64,000 nt of DNA from an uncultured Methanoregulaceae archaeon (GTDB taxonomy: Archaea > Halobacteriota > Methanomicrobia > Methanomicrobiales > Methanospirillaceae), in assembly GCA_963737635.1 (NCBI GenBank), contig CAVTTL010000001.1:448001-512000 (forward strand), written 5' to 3'. This document shows positions 20,722 through 31,288 of this stretch, piece after piece. Position numbers and translations under genes: made by a program. Below the pieces are notes generated by a model, which made no database searches, was not told where the DNA came from, and was given only the letters and a program-made list of their open reading frames with translations. Position 1 is the stretch's first letter; each line of letters opens with the position of its first letter.

Positions 20722-22380
20722 ATGAAAGAAATATCCGTGATCGTAGGCGGCAGAGCCGGTGACGGGATTACCAATGCCGGGGCAATCGTCGCCCAGCTCT
20801 TCAACCATCTCGGCTACTATGTCTATACTTATACTGATTACCCCTCGCTCATCAGAGGGGGGCATAATTTTGCCCTTATCCGTGCGGCAGATATGCCTAT
20901 CGGCGCATATAACAACCGGATTGACTACCTTATTGCACTCAACCAGGAGACCGCCACCCTGCATCTCCAAAACTGCCCGGACTGTACTGTGGTGGCAAAT
21001 GCCGATCTGGTAAAATCGCTGCAAAGCGGCCAGACCATCTCAATCAATACTATTCTCAAGGAAGAATCGGCCCCGCCCATCATGGGGAACTCGGCGATGA
21101 TCGGCGCCTTTGCAAAATCGGCAGGGATTCCTTGGGATATTGTCGGCGAGGTATTCCGCCGCCATATGCCAAAGGCGGCAGACGAAAATATCCGGGTTGC
21201 CAAGCGGGCGTACCGACCAGATCCAGACTATCCGGACGGTGTCAGCGATTCCCGGCGGAACACATAGCATGCTCTCTGGCAACGAGGCGATAGGTCTTGG
21301 GCTGGTCGCCGGCGGCCTTACGACGTATATTTCCTACCCGATGACACCGTCCTCGTCGCTTCTCCACTACCTTCCGGGAATGCCGAACGGCTGGGGATCA
21401 CGGTTATCCACCCGGAGAACGAGATCGGGGTCATCCTTATGGCCCTTGGTTGCGCCGCCGCCGGGAGAAAGACCGCAGTCGGCACATCGGGAGGTGGGTT
21501 CTGCCTGATGAACGAAGGGCTTTCGTTTGCCGGTATTGCCGAATTCCCGCTAGTACTCGTGGTCTCCCAGAGAACCGGTCCTTCGACCGGTCTCCCGACG
21601 TACACTGGCCAGGCGGATCTTCAGTTCGTGCTGCATGCCGGGCAGGGAGAGTTTCCCCGGCTCGTCACAGCACCCGCGGATCCCGGTGAAGCGTACATCT
21701 GGTCTGCGGCGGCAATCTGTCTTGCGTGGAAATACCAGATCCCGGCATTTGTGCTCGCCGACAAAACCCTCTCTGAAGGTATCTACAGCGTCGATTACGA
21801 CAAACTCGTAAGTTTGCCGGCCCCGGAGCCAGTACTCTGGAACGGCGACGGCATCTACCAGCGGTACCGCGACACCCCGTCCGGTATCTCGCCTCTTGCC
21901 TTCCCAGGCAGGAAAGATGCGATCGTCAAGATGAATAGCTACGCCCATGACGAAGATGGTATCACAACTGAAGAGGCCGGGCTGGTCACCCAGATGGCAG
22001 ATAAGCGCCGGAAAAAGGAGACGAGTCTTAGGGATGAACTGAACCGGTACCCGTGTGTCAGCATCCGGGGCATAGCCGATGCTCCCACCGCACTTCTCTG
22101 TTGGGGATCGGTCCGGAATGCGTGCGACGAAGTCGCGGCAAAGTTAAGGCTCCGGGTCATTCAGCCGGTAGTGCTTTCGCCCTTCCCGGACCAGCAGTTC
22201 TCTGTCGCGTGCCAAGGTGTAGAGCAGCTGATTGCGGTTGAGGAAAATGCCACCGGCCAGCTCGCGGCGCTCGCACGCGAGCATGGTGTGGTTGCCAAGA
22301 AGATAGTGCTCAAGTATGACGGTCGCCCCTTCACACCGGACGAACTGCTCACAAAAGTACAGGAGGTGATGGCTCCATGA
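20722..22380 (+). CDS. 2-oxoacid:ferredoxin oxidoreductase alpha subunit (gamma-alpha fusion; two frameshifts ~21215 and ~21375)
   Basis: GGRAGDG, YPSLIRGGHN, SGNEAIG, YPMTP, TSGGGF, QRTGPSTGLPT, VEENATGQL spread over three frames. Confidence 0.9.
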
Positions 22381-23225
22381 CCCGGAACCTCATTACTCCT
22401 GCGCAGAACACGTGGTGTCCCGGCTGCGGCAACTTCGCTCTCCAGCATACGATCAAGGATGTCCTCGCCGGCCTTGAAAAAGATGGCAAGTCTCTGGATG
22501 ACGTGGTGCTCGTCTCGGGCATCGGGTGCCATGCGAAGATCGCCGATTATCTTAACATCAACAGCGTGTACACCCTACACGGGAGAACCCTCCCGGTGGC
22601 GACGGGAATCAAACTCGCGAACCCCACGCTGACTGTCATCTGCTGCGCGGGTGACGGCGACGCGTATGCCGAGGGACTCGATCACCTGATCTTTGCCGCG
22701 AAGAGGAATGTTGATATCACGATGATCGTCCATAACAACAGGGTGTACGGCCTCACCACCGGCCAGTATACCCCCACGTCACCGCTCGGGTTCCGGGGAA
22801 AATCCACACCTGGAGGGACCACCGAATATCCGTTCAATCCCCTGGAACTGATGCTCGCAAGCGGAGCGACCTATATTGCCAGAGGCTACACCAAAAAGAT
22901 ACCGCAGTTGGCACAGCTGATCCGGCAAGGGATCGCGCACCGGGGTTTTGCCTTTCTTGATGTCCTGCAGATCTGCGCGAGTTTCTTTGACATGACCGAT
23001 TACTACACGCAGAAGGTCTACGATATTACAGGCCACGATACTCACGATTTTACCATGGCATGTGCGAAAGCGCGGGAATGGGACTATAACAAGGATGCGC
23101 CCATAGGCCTCGGTGTCTTTTACGAGCAGACCTTCCCCACTTTTGGCGACCGTAACCCTGCCCGGGATCTTCCCGCGGATGAACGCACACGCCGGATCCG
23201 TGACCTTTTTGAGGCATCAAAGTGA
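22377..23225 (+). CDS. 2-oxoacid:ferredoxin oxidoreductase beta subunit
   Basis: WCPGCGN, SGIGC, GDGD...NNRVYGLT TPP-binding motif. Confidence 0.95.
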   Translation: MTRNLITPAQNTWCPGCGNFALQHTIKDVLAGLEKDGKSLDDVVLVSGIGCHAKIADYLNINSVYTLHGRTLPVATGIKLANPTLTVICCAGDGDAYAEGLDHLIFAAKRNVDITMIVHNNRVYGLTTGQYTPTSPLGFRGKSTPGGTTEYPFNPLELMLASGATYIARGYTKKIPQLAQLIRQGIAHRGFAFLDVLQICASFFDMTDYYTQKVYDITGHDTHDFTMACAKAREWDYNKDAPIGLGVFYEQTFPTFGDRNPARDLPADERTRRIRDLFEASK

Positions 23226-23252
23226 CGATTATCCCGGCACGGTACCAGTCAG

Positions 23253-24128
23253 GTGTCCAGCGAAACGCCGGACTCGTACTACGGGACGGGAATGATGGGC
23301 GAAACCGGAAAGAACGGCGCGGAGGAATCCCGGCAGGATAACCGGCATCCTCTTTTGGTGACCTTGGTTTTTATTCCGCTCGTCATCGTAGTCATCTGGC
23401 TCGTAGAGAATTTTCTGCTTGACGTGAATACCCGCCTTTTTTCCGAAATACGTTTTCCGGAACTAGTATTGTACACCGTCCTTTCCTGCATCCTTATGGG
23501 CATTATAGTACCCATTATACGTATTCGGCCAGCGTTCCTTTCAGGGGCAGTCAATATGTTCCAGATCGGATTCCGGTCAGCGCGCCGGACAGCAGCCGCT
23601 GTCAGCCTCACCTTCATCGGTGTATATATCATCTTTGTCTCAACCGGTGTTTTAGGAGAGAGTATTGGCCGGACAGAAGCGGGGGCGCTCTTTCTCCTCC
23701 TTCTCCCGACTGCCATCGCAGCGGTAATGATCTGCTGGGCGTTGGTCGGAACCCATATCCAGGCTTATGTCCGCGGCGAGGGAATAGTGATCTCCATCTT
23801 TGCCGGAACTCTGGTAACGGCACTTATCTTCGCCTTTTCCTTGTCGATCCTCTTTGCGGGTCCGGATTTTCGGGAGATATTTTTTGGTCTTTTTATAGCA
23901 GGCGGTATATCTGCACTCTTTTTCCTGGCGGTCCGTGACATCTATGCGACCACAGTCGTTGTCACGTCCTGTCTCATGGTCCTGGTGAATTCCCGCATCG
24001 ATCCGGGATACCTCTCCCCGTTCAGCCCCGTCGTCGCCCTCTGCGGGATTCTCACCACCGCCGTAATGGCAGGAGTCCACCTGCATTTTTCCCGGCATTA
24101 CACGACAGTTATGCTGCCGGGAAAATAG
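23253..24128 (+). CDS. Polytopic membrane protein of unknown function
   Basis: About eight hydrophobic segments; follows the oxidoreductase genes. Confidence 0.7.
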   Translation: MSSETPDSYYGTGMMGETGKNGAEESRQDNRHPLLVTLVFIPLVIVVIWLVENFLLDVNTRLFSEIRFPELVLYTVLSCILMGIIVPIIRIRPAFLSGAVNMFQIGFRSARRTAAAVSLTFIGVYIIFVSTGVLGESIGRTEAGALFLLLLPTAIAAVMICWALVGTHIQAYVRGEGIVISIFAGTLVTALIFAFSLSILFAGPDFREIFFGLFIAGGISALFFLAVRDIYATTVVVTSCLMVLVNSRIDPGYLSPFSPVVALCGILTTAVMAGVHLHFSRHYTTVMLPGK

Positions 24129-24267
24129 CCGGGTTTTTGCCGGGTAGATCAGCCGGGATCACCCGATAAAACGCTAAAAAGAGCCTTATGAGAAATTCGG
24201 CCTGCCGAATGTATGGGATTTTTTCCAAAACCAAATTTTTATCCGTCTGCATGCAGAACGCTATGCT

Positions 24268-25233
24268 ATGACCGCAAAATCCTCATACGTCCTTCTGTTA
24301 GGCCTGATCCTTATCGTCTGCGTGTTTCTCGCCGGCTGCTCAAGCCAAAGCTCAACCACGACGACCTCTAAAATCACCACCCAGCCTGCGCCAAAATACA
24401 CGGCGGGTGACATTGTTTCGAATAATGCATCATCCACATTCTGGCTGATTCTATCGTACGACTCTGGCTCGGATCTGTATACCCGTGCACAGGTCGAGAA
24501 AAACCCGGATGGTTCCTATAACCAGATAACAGGAGTGCAGGATAGTTTCCCGCGCATGGATATGGAGAATTTATATCCGGTCTTCATCACACAGGTTTCC
24601 GTGGCATCAGTCCCGGTCGCGACTACGACCATACCTACTACGGTGATAACAACCCTCTCGGGGAGTGGCCCCCTTGTAACCGCAGTGTCTCCGAGCACAG
24701 GGGCAACTGGAACCAGCGTTTCCCTCACAATCACCGGGACCAATTTCCTAAGTGGAGCAACGGTGCAGCTCGTCCAGGCAGGCCTTCAGCCTATCGCCGC
24801 ATCGAGTGTTTCGGTGACCTCCGCCCAGATTACCTGTTCTGTCAATCTGGGCAGCCTTACTGCAGGCCCAGCATATGTTCAGGTCATTAATCCTGATGGC
24901 AGATCAGCCATGAGCTCATTTACGGTAGGCGAGCCGACACCGGTTATCAGTAGTATCAGTCCCACCAGCGGATACCAGGGTAGTTCTTACACCCTTACGG
25001 TCTATGGGCAGACCCTGACTGACGTGCAATTGGTGACGCTGCTTTCAGCAGACGGCACGGACTCAATTTCGTGTACGAGTCCATCACCATCAGCCACCTC
25101 AACCAGCTGTACTCTTGCAATACCCTCTACCGCGGAATTCGGTCTCTACAGTGTCTCGGCCCTGTCATCGGATGGCACAAACGGTACGCTGAGTTCTGCC
25201 TTTACGGTCGAGAACGCCACAACCTCTACATAA
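24268..25233 (+). CDS. Surface lipoprotein-like protein with two IPT/TIG domains
   Basis: FLAGC signal, Thr-rich linkers, P.V..VSP..G...LTITGTNF...V.NPDG repeats. Confidence 0.8.
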   Translation: MTAKSSYVLLLGLILIVCVFLAGCSSQSSTTTTSKITTQPAPKYTAGDIVSNNASSTFWLILSYDSGSDLYTRAQVEKNPDGSYNQITGVQDSFPRMDMENLYPVFITQVSVASVPVATTTIPTTVITTLSGSGPLVTAVSPSTGATGTSVSLTITGTNFLSGATVQLVQAGLQPIAASSVSVTSAQITCSVNLGSLTAGPAYVQVINPDGRSAMSSFTVGEPTPVISSISPTSGYQGSSYTLTVYGQTLTDVQLVTLLSADGTDSISCTSPSPSATSTSCTLAIPSTAEFGLYSVSALSSDGTNGTLSSAFTVENATTST

Positions 25234-25352
25234 TTTTTTTCTGACGAGGCCAATGCCGGGATTCCCACATCCGCACTTATGGACGGAATTCAAACATCCC
25301 CGAAAAATTGGCAACCTTTATAGTCCGCCCGGAAATAGTATACCCACGTAAC

Positions 25353-25862
25353 ATGAAGTCCGAGAGTCATACCGGCAGGCTAATTGCATCTCTGGTTGCC
25401 TGCCTTATTCCCGGATATGTGGTTCTATATTTCTTCACCACATCTATTCCCGGGTGGTACTCCACCCTGAAAAAACCAGATTTTGTTCCCACGGACATTA
25501 TTGTCTTTTATGGGATCATCCTCATCTTTTGTTTTCTGGGCCTTTCATTGTATTATATCTGGAATGCAGGTCTTAATCATGCCGAGGTCAAGGCAGCATT
25601 TCTGCTCTTCCTGTTTACCATCTCATTATTTTTCCTCTGGTTTGTGGCGTTCTTTTACCTGGAGGCGGTTTTTTTCGCGTTCGTTATAATAGTGATGGTC
25701 AACGCCGTGATGCTCTGCACGATTGCCCAGACCCTGCGATCTGCGGTAAAACCCGTCTTCTTTCTGGTACCCTGTCTGATAATAATGCTGATTATCTGCT
25801 ACGCTAACCTGCTGATCGTTCAGCTGAATGCCGGTCTTCTTATGTGGGGAATTTTCCCTTAG
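25353..25862 (+). CDS. TspO/MBR family membrane protein
   Basis: WYSTLKKP.FVP motif and five TM segments. Confidence 0.8.
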   Translation: MKSESHTGRLIASLVACLIPGYVVLYFFTTSIPGWYSTLKKPDFVPTDIIVFYGIILIFCFLGLSLYYIWNAGLNHAEVKAAFLLFLFTISLFFLWFVAFFYLEAVFFAFVIIVMVNAVMLCTIAQTLRSAVKPVFFLVPCLIIMLIICYANLLIVQLNAGLLMWGIFP

Positions 25863-25934
25863 AAATACTCTCATTGCTATTGTGTAAGCACTATCGAAAC
25901 GGTTATTCCCTACGGCACTCCACATGTGGTCGTT

Positions 25935-27119
25935 ATGGTGTCCCGTGAACTTATTTCAGGAGTATACTGGGTCGGGGCGTTTGATTTTGACCGGCGGATC
26001 TTTGATGAACTGATCCCGCTGCCGGAAGGTACGAGTTACAACTCGTATCTCGTACAGGGCAGCGAAAAAACCGCCCTTATCGATACGGTCGATCCTTCTA
26101 AGGAATATGACCTCATCTCGAACCTTGTAAAACTGGGTATCGAAACTATCGATTATATCGTGATCAATCACGCCGAGCAGGATCACTCCGGTGCCCTCCC
26201 GATGATCCTGGAGTTCTACCCGGATGCGAAGGTAGTTACGAATGCAAAGTGCCGGGATCTTCTTGTCGCCTTGCTGCATATCCCCCAGGAACGCTTCTCG
26301 GTGATCGCGGATGGGGATACCCTGTCACTCGGGAACCGGACCTTCCGGTTTTTCCTCACACCCTGGACACACTGGCCTGAAACCCAGATCACGTTCCTTG
26401 AGGAGGATAAGATCCTCTTTCCCTGCGATCTCTTCGGTTTCCACGCCGCTACGAGCGAACTGTTCATACATGACGAAGCCTGGGCCTACCGGTCAGCGAA
26501 GCGGTATTATGCCGAGATCATGATGCCGTTTCACGGCAGTATCAAAGGCTATGTTGAGAAAGTCAGGGAGCTCTCCCCGGTGATGATCGCACCAAGCCAC
26601 GGACCGGTCAACAGGAACCCGCAGTTCATTCTTGACGCGTATGCTGACTGGGTATCGGATACGGTCAAAAACGAGGTGGTTATCCCCTATGTCTCGATGC
26701 ACGGCAGCACCGCAAAGATGGTGGATCACCTCACCGGAGCGCTTATCGCCCGGGGGATTACGGTCCGGCCATTTAACCTTACCCGGACTGATATCGGCGA
26801 ACTGGCGCTCGCTTTGGTGGACGCGGCAACGATCGTGATCGCTACACCCACCGTCCTTTTTGGTCCCCACCCGTCGGTCGTATCGGCGACGTACCTCGCA
26901 AACGCCTTGCGGCCCAAGACCCGGTTTGCCTCCGTGATATGCTCTTATGGATGGGGAGGCAAGACCACCGATACGATCACAAAGATGCTCGACCATGTCA
27001 AAGTCGAACTCATCCCCCCGGTGATGGTTCTTGGTGAACCCGGCGAAGCGACCATGCAGGACCTTGACCGGCTGGCAGATGAAATCTTAAAGAAGCATAA
27101 AGAAATTAACATCGTATAA
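25935..27119 (+). CDS. fprA: Flavodiiron protein (FprA family)
   Basis: GTSYNSY, HAEQDH, HWPE, DLFG, PSHG di-iron ligands and flavodoxin domain SMHGST...SYGWGG. Confidence 0.95.
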   Translation: MVSRELISGVYWVGAFDFDRRIFDELIPLPEGTSYNSYLVQGSEKTALIDTVDPSKEYDLISNLVKLGIETIDYIVINHAEQDHSGALPMILEFYPDAKVVTNAKCRDLLVALLHIPQERFSVIADGDTLSLGNRTFRFFLTPWTHWPETQITFLEEDKILFPCDLFGFHAATSELFIHDEAWAYRSAKRYYAEIMMPFHGSIKGYVEKVRELSPVMIAPSHGPVNRNPQFILDAYADWVSDTVKNEVVIPYVSMHGSTAKMVDHLTGALIARGITVRPFNLTRTDIGELALALVDAATIVIATPTVLFGPHPSVVSATYLANALRPKTRFASVICSYGWGGKTTDTITKMLDHVKVELIPPVMVLGEPGEATMQDLDRLADEILKKHKEINIV

Positions 27120-27136
27120 GGAAAGGAGAAGTAACT

Positions 27137-27517
27137 ATGACGAAACTCTTCGAGGTTTATAAGTGCGAAGTCTGCGGAAACATCGTGATGGTTATCGGCG
27201 CATCCGGCGGCACGACATCGTGCTGCGGGAAACCGATGGTTCTCCAGCAGGAAAAGACTGCCGACCAAGGTAAGGAGAAACATGTACCCGTCATCGAAAA
27301 GACCCCGGGGGGAATCATCGTCAAGGTCGGCTCCATTCCCCACCCGATGGAAGCGGCACATTACATCCAGTGGATAGAGGTCCGTTCCGGCGACAATACG
27401 TATTTCAAGTGGCTCCGGCCCGGGGAAAAGCCCGAAGCCGAGTTCCCGATAAACGATACCAATGTAAAAGCACGAGAATACTGTAGTGTCCACGGTCTCT
27501 GGACCAATAAAATATAA
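27137..27517 (+). CDS. dfx: Desulfoferrodoxin (2Fe superoxide reductase)
   Basis: YKCEVCGN...CCGKPM, EKHVP, HPMEAAHYI, CSVHGLW. Confidence 0.96.
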   Translation: MTKLFEVYKCEVCGNIVMVIGASGGTTSCCGKPMVLQQEKTADQGKEKHVPVIEKTPGGIIVKVGSIPHPMEAAHYIQWIEVRSGDNTYFKWLRPGEKPEAEFPINDTNVKAREYCSVHGLWTNKI

Positions 27518-27526
27518 CACAGCCGC

Positions 27527-27544
27527 TTTTTTTTTACGGTTTTT
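27527..27544 (+). terminator. Oligo-T terminator candidate after fprA-dfx
   Basis: T9 and T6 runs about 10 nt after the stop. Confidence 0.5.
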
Positions 27545-27650
27545 CTCAGGTGTACCGTTCCTGTATTCCGTAAAAATGTGAGCCGAAAAACAAATCCACT
27601 TTTGTTAACATCAGGAGATCTAATATAAACTGCAGGCTCATAGTACGGTA

Positions 27651-28463
27651 ATGAAACAGATCGCCCTGTACGGGAAAGGTGGTATCGGAAAGTCCACAAC
27701 GTCGGCAAACCTCTCCGCCGCCCTCTCTCTTGCAGGGTACGATATCCTCCAGATAGGATGCGACCCCAAGCGCGACAGCACCCGGATGCTAATGCAGGGA
27801 AAGCTCATCCCCACGGTGATGGACCTAGTTCGCGAGCGGGGTACCGCATCGGTGACACCTGCTGACGTTGTCTACTCCGGCTTTAACGGCGTTCGCTGTG
27901 TTGAAGCCGGGGGACCTGAACCCGGTGTCGGCTGTGCCGGCAGGGGGATCATAGCCACGTTCCAGCTGCTGGAAAAGTTTGGAACGCTCACGGGCGACGT
28001 GATTGTCTACGACGTACTAGGCGACGTGGTCTGCGGCGGATTTGCCATGCCGATGCGGGAGGGCTATGCGCAGGAAGTTTACCTTGTTACCTCCGGGGAA
28101 TTGATGTCTCTTTACGCAGCCAATAACATCTGCAAAGCGATCCAGCGCCTGAGCGCCCGGCCAAAGAGCAGATGCCGGCTTGCCGGTGTTATCTGTAACG
28201 CCAAGAACCAGCCACGGGAAGAGGATCTCGTGGCCGAATTTGCCCGCCGGGTCAACAGCCATCTTATCCAGTTCATTCCCCGGGATCGCTCGGTGCAGCT
28301 TGCCGAGCTGAACCGCAGAACGGTGATCGAGTACGAGCCTGGCTCAGCTCAAGCCAAGGTATACCGCGACCTTGCCGCCCGGGTTATGGAGAATACCCGA
28401 CTTACCATTCCTACCCCTCTTGAGATTGATGAACTTGAGGCCCTTGCCATCGAATTTATGTAG
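27651..28463 (+). CDS. NifH-like Fe protein (nitrogenase-like reductase)
   Basis: [45 protein letters not shown]. Confidence 0.95.
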   Translation: MKQIALYGKGGIGKSTTSANLSAALSLAGYDILQIGCDPKRDSTRMLMQGKLIPTVMDLVRERGTASVTPADVVYSGFNGVRCVEAGGPEPGVGCAGRGIIATFQLLEKFGTLTGDVIVYDVLGDVVCGGFAMPMREGYAQEVYLVTSGELMSLYAANNICKAIQRLSARPKSRCRLAGVICNAKNQPREEDLVAEFARRVNSHLIQFIPRDRSVQLAELNRRTVIEYEPGSAQAKVYRDLAARVMENTRLTIPTPLEIDELEALAIEFM

Positions 28464-29469
28464 GTCTGCTGGCTGTACTCTCACGGGCGCGTTGTCTGTC
28501 ACAACCCACGTCCGTGACGCAATCACGGTCGTGCACGGGCCTGCAGGATGCACGCATCACAATTTTTCCCTCCTGCATGCCACGAGCCTCGACAACGATC
28601 GTATTACTCTCCCCCCCCTCGTTTCGACCGGGCTCTCAGAGATCGAGGTGATCTTCGGCGGCGAGGGTACCCTCGACCGGACACTTGATCAGGTAATCGC
28701 ACGCGAACCCGGGGCTGTTTTTGTTCTCTCAACCTGTATCGTGGAGACCATCGGCGACGACGTCGGGATGATCTGCGACACAAAGACTGGGATACCGGTC
28801 ATCGTGGTACCTACCGCAGGTTTTCTTGGCGGGTCATTCCAGACCGGCGTTAATAATGCACTTGTCTCCCTTGCTGGGATGGCAGAGCCGGCAAAGGGGA
28901 ACGGGCTGGTGAACATTATCGGCGAGAAGAACCTTGAATATGAGGTCGACGAAAACTTCGCCGAGGTCTCCCGGCTGCTTGCTCTGCTTGGCCTCTCCGT
29001 AAATATCCGGTTCATCCATGACCTCACGACCGGGCAGATCGCTTCACTGGGGGCTGCCCGGCTCAATATACTCCGCGATCCTTCGCTTATACCCGTTGGG
29101 GAATACCTTAAAGAGCGTTTCAAAACGCCCTATATCCCTGCCTACCCGGTGGGGATCTCCGGCACCATCCCCTTCCTCGAATCTGTTGCCGGTGCGTGCG
29201 GTATCGACCCCTGCCATGCAGTGGATGATGAACGTGCGCTCCACCAGGAGATATTCGAAGATTTTGCAGATATTGCCGGATCAGGGATTTCTTTTTCATC
29301 GTCCCACCCCGATCCGGAAGGGAACCGGGTGGCGCAGGATATAGCACTGGCCCTCAGGCTCGATATCACCCCTTCAGGGCGCCCGATGCCGGCACCAGTG
29401 ACACTGCCAATTGGCAGCGCCGGCGTGCGGCGGATGCTCCACCGGTGGAGGAGAGTTCTCCATGCTTGA
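28429..29469 (+). CDS. Short nitrogenase component-1-like subunit (NifD/E-like)
   Basis: [43 protein letters not shown]. Confidence 0.9.
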   Translation: MNLRPLPSNLCRSAGCTLTGALSVTTHVRDAITVVHGPAGCTHHNFSLLHATSLDNDRITLPPLVSTGLSEIEVIFGGEGTLDRTLDQVIAREPGAVFVLSTCIVETIGDDVGMICDTKTGIPVIVVPTAGFLGGSFQTGVNNALVSLAGMAEPAKGNGLVNIIGEKNLEYEVDENFAEVSRLLALLGLSVNIRFIHDLTTGQIASLGAARLNILRDPSLIPVGEYLKERFKTPYIPAYPVGISGTIPFLESVAGACGIDPCHAVDDERALHQEIFEDFADIAGSGISFSSSHPDPEGNRVAQDIALALRLDITPSGRPMPAPVTLPIGSAGVRRMLHRWRRVLHA

Positions 29470-30593
29470 CTGCAGGACACCGCTGTGGCCCTGTGCTATG
29501 ACTGGTGCTGCGGCATGCCTTGCCGGATTTAAAGGGATTACAGTCGTCATCCACGGTTCCAGCGGATGCTATTATTACCCGGCAACCCTTCTTCATGCCC
29601 CCCTGCACGGCACCTTCATTCTTGAAAACGAAGTGGTATTCGGGTCAGGAGATCGGCTTCGCAAAGTAATCGGTGAGTCTGTCCGGCAAAGGAAACAGAA
29701 TAGCGGTCATCACTACCTGCGTCCCGTCACTCCTTGGCGAAGATATAAAATCAATGCTCGACGAAAACGACGTCATTTTAGTCGACAGCCCGGGATTTGC
29801 CGGGGATCTGGAGACCGGGTACCAGGCGGCACTTGCTTCGCTTTCCCCGGCTGCAGACCCGGGCGGCCCGGCGTGAATATCGACGGTGTCTCCCTTTCGG
29901 ACCCGTTTTACGAGGGGAACCTGGAGGAAATTTCCCGGATCCTGCACCGCGCCGGGATTCCTGTAGGGACGGTTTTTTGCCGAGACTTATCCGCAATGGC
30001 GGAACACGCATCGCCACTGACCATCGGTACTAATGAGGATTTTGGATCCGGTGTCGGAAAATATGTTGGTGGAACCTTGGGGATACCTGTTCTCCGCGCG
30101 ACCTGCGAAAGGCTTTCTGCAGTCTACGAAGATGCAGATATGAACCCTGTTTTTACCGAACTTGATCTCGAGGAGGAACGGGTGATCCACATCTGTGACA
30201 AGTTCCTCCGCCGCTACGATCCTCCCGGAGTTGCAGTCTTTGCCGGTGCTTCGTACGCGTTCTTTGCTGCCGATACCCTGAAGCGCTATCTTGATGCCCA
30301 GATTCTTGTTGTTGGCACACGTAACGACCCTCCTGAGCAACCCGGTACACGGTACAGAGTGGAAAAAATTATGGGACTGGAGGAGATTGATACCACGATC
30401 AGGAAAATGAACCCGGATCTCGTGATAGGATCATCGTTCGAACGATCGTTGTGTGTCGATCGGGCCTTTGTGGGGATAATCCCGCCGCTTCGCGGAAGGG
30501 TAAGACTTGCACACACCCCGCTTGCCGGGTACTAGCGGCACACTCCATTTTATCGAAGAATCCTTGAACGCCTGCATGGACAAAAAGGATTAG
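29462..30593 (+). CDS. Short nitrogenase component-1-like subunit (NifK/N-like; three frameshifts)
   Basis: PCAMTGA, IHGSSGC, ENEVVFG; TTCVPSLLGEDI in the alternate frame (29673..29876); PDLVIGSSFE; the natural end ...HFIEESLNACMDKKD* is at 30593. Confidence 0.85.
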
Positions 30594-30675
30594 GTACTGG
30601 ATAGGGACGACTTTCCTCATTTACCTTTCACTTTCACTCCGCGCACGGCTCCGGGTTATATACCGGTCGACAAAG

Positions 30676-31125
30676 ATGCACTATCACGACAGAAGGTGGT
30701 CGTGTATGATGCAAAAGGCAGGTTACATCCAGAGAACAGGATGTAGGGCAATTGACCGTGACGGTGGAATCCACGAAGTTGTGGAACTGCATGTCATGGG
30801 CGCCCGGTATGCAATCCGACTAGGGGATCTGGCAAAAGGAATCTCAGGACGACAGGTCGTTGTTCAAGTGGAGGCACTCGTACGTGAGTGGAACTACTAC
30901 CTGGGCACAACCTGCGGGCTGGCACAGGTGTCAGCCTCCGGCAAGGCCCTCAATATTGAACTCTTCGAGGCAGGGAATTTTACCGTGTCGCTCCTTGCCC
31001 TCAGATCGGTCGTCTACGGGCGGGAACGTCTTGCCAAGATCGCAAGGATACCCAAACAGCCGGCTTCACCTGCCTGGAAAGACCGCAGGCTTACCGGCCA
31101 GCGGCAGCTCGGCGCACTGGTCTGA
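30676..31125 (+). CDS. Hypothetical protein
   Basis: 149-aa ORF with TTATATA upstream and a T-rich tract downstream. Confidence 0.65.
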   Translation: MHYHDRRWSCMMQKAGYIQRTGCRAIDRDGGIHEVVELHVMGARYAIRLGDLAKGISGRQVVVQVEALVREWNYYLGTTCGLAQVSASGKALNIELFEAGNFTVSLLALRSVVYGRERLAKIARIPKQPASPAWKDRRLTGQRQLGALV

Positions 31126-31288
31126 CCTCACTCTCTTTCTCTTTTTCATTTTTTCTATTCCGTCGTGGTTTCAGAGCAGCGTCAGTCCTGATGGCGTGCA
31201 ACATTAATAGTCCAAAAAGGAAACGTGTACTGATAGATTGGGGCCCTGTTAATCCTACACCGCCCCCTCAACACACCGGAGCCACAGA

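Noticed and set aside
27651-30593. Bona fide nitrogen-fixation (nif) cluster
   Set aside because: The subunits are too short, FeMo-co ligands are absent, and there is no nifEN/B/I or NrpR operator.
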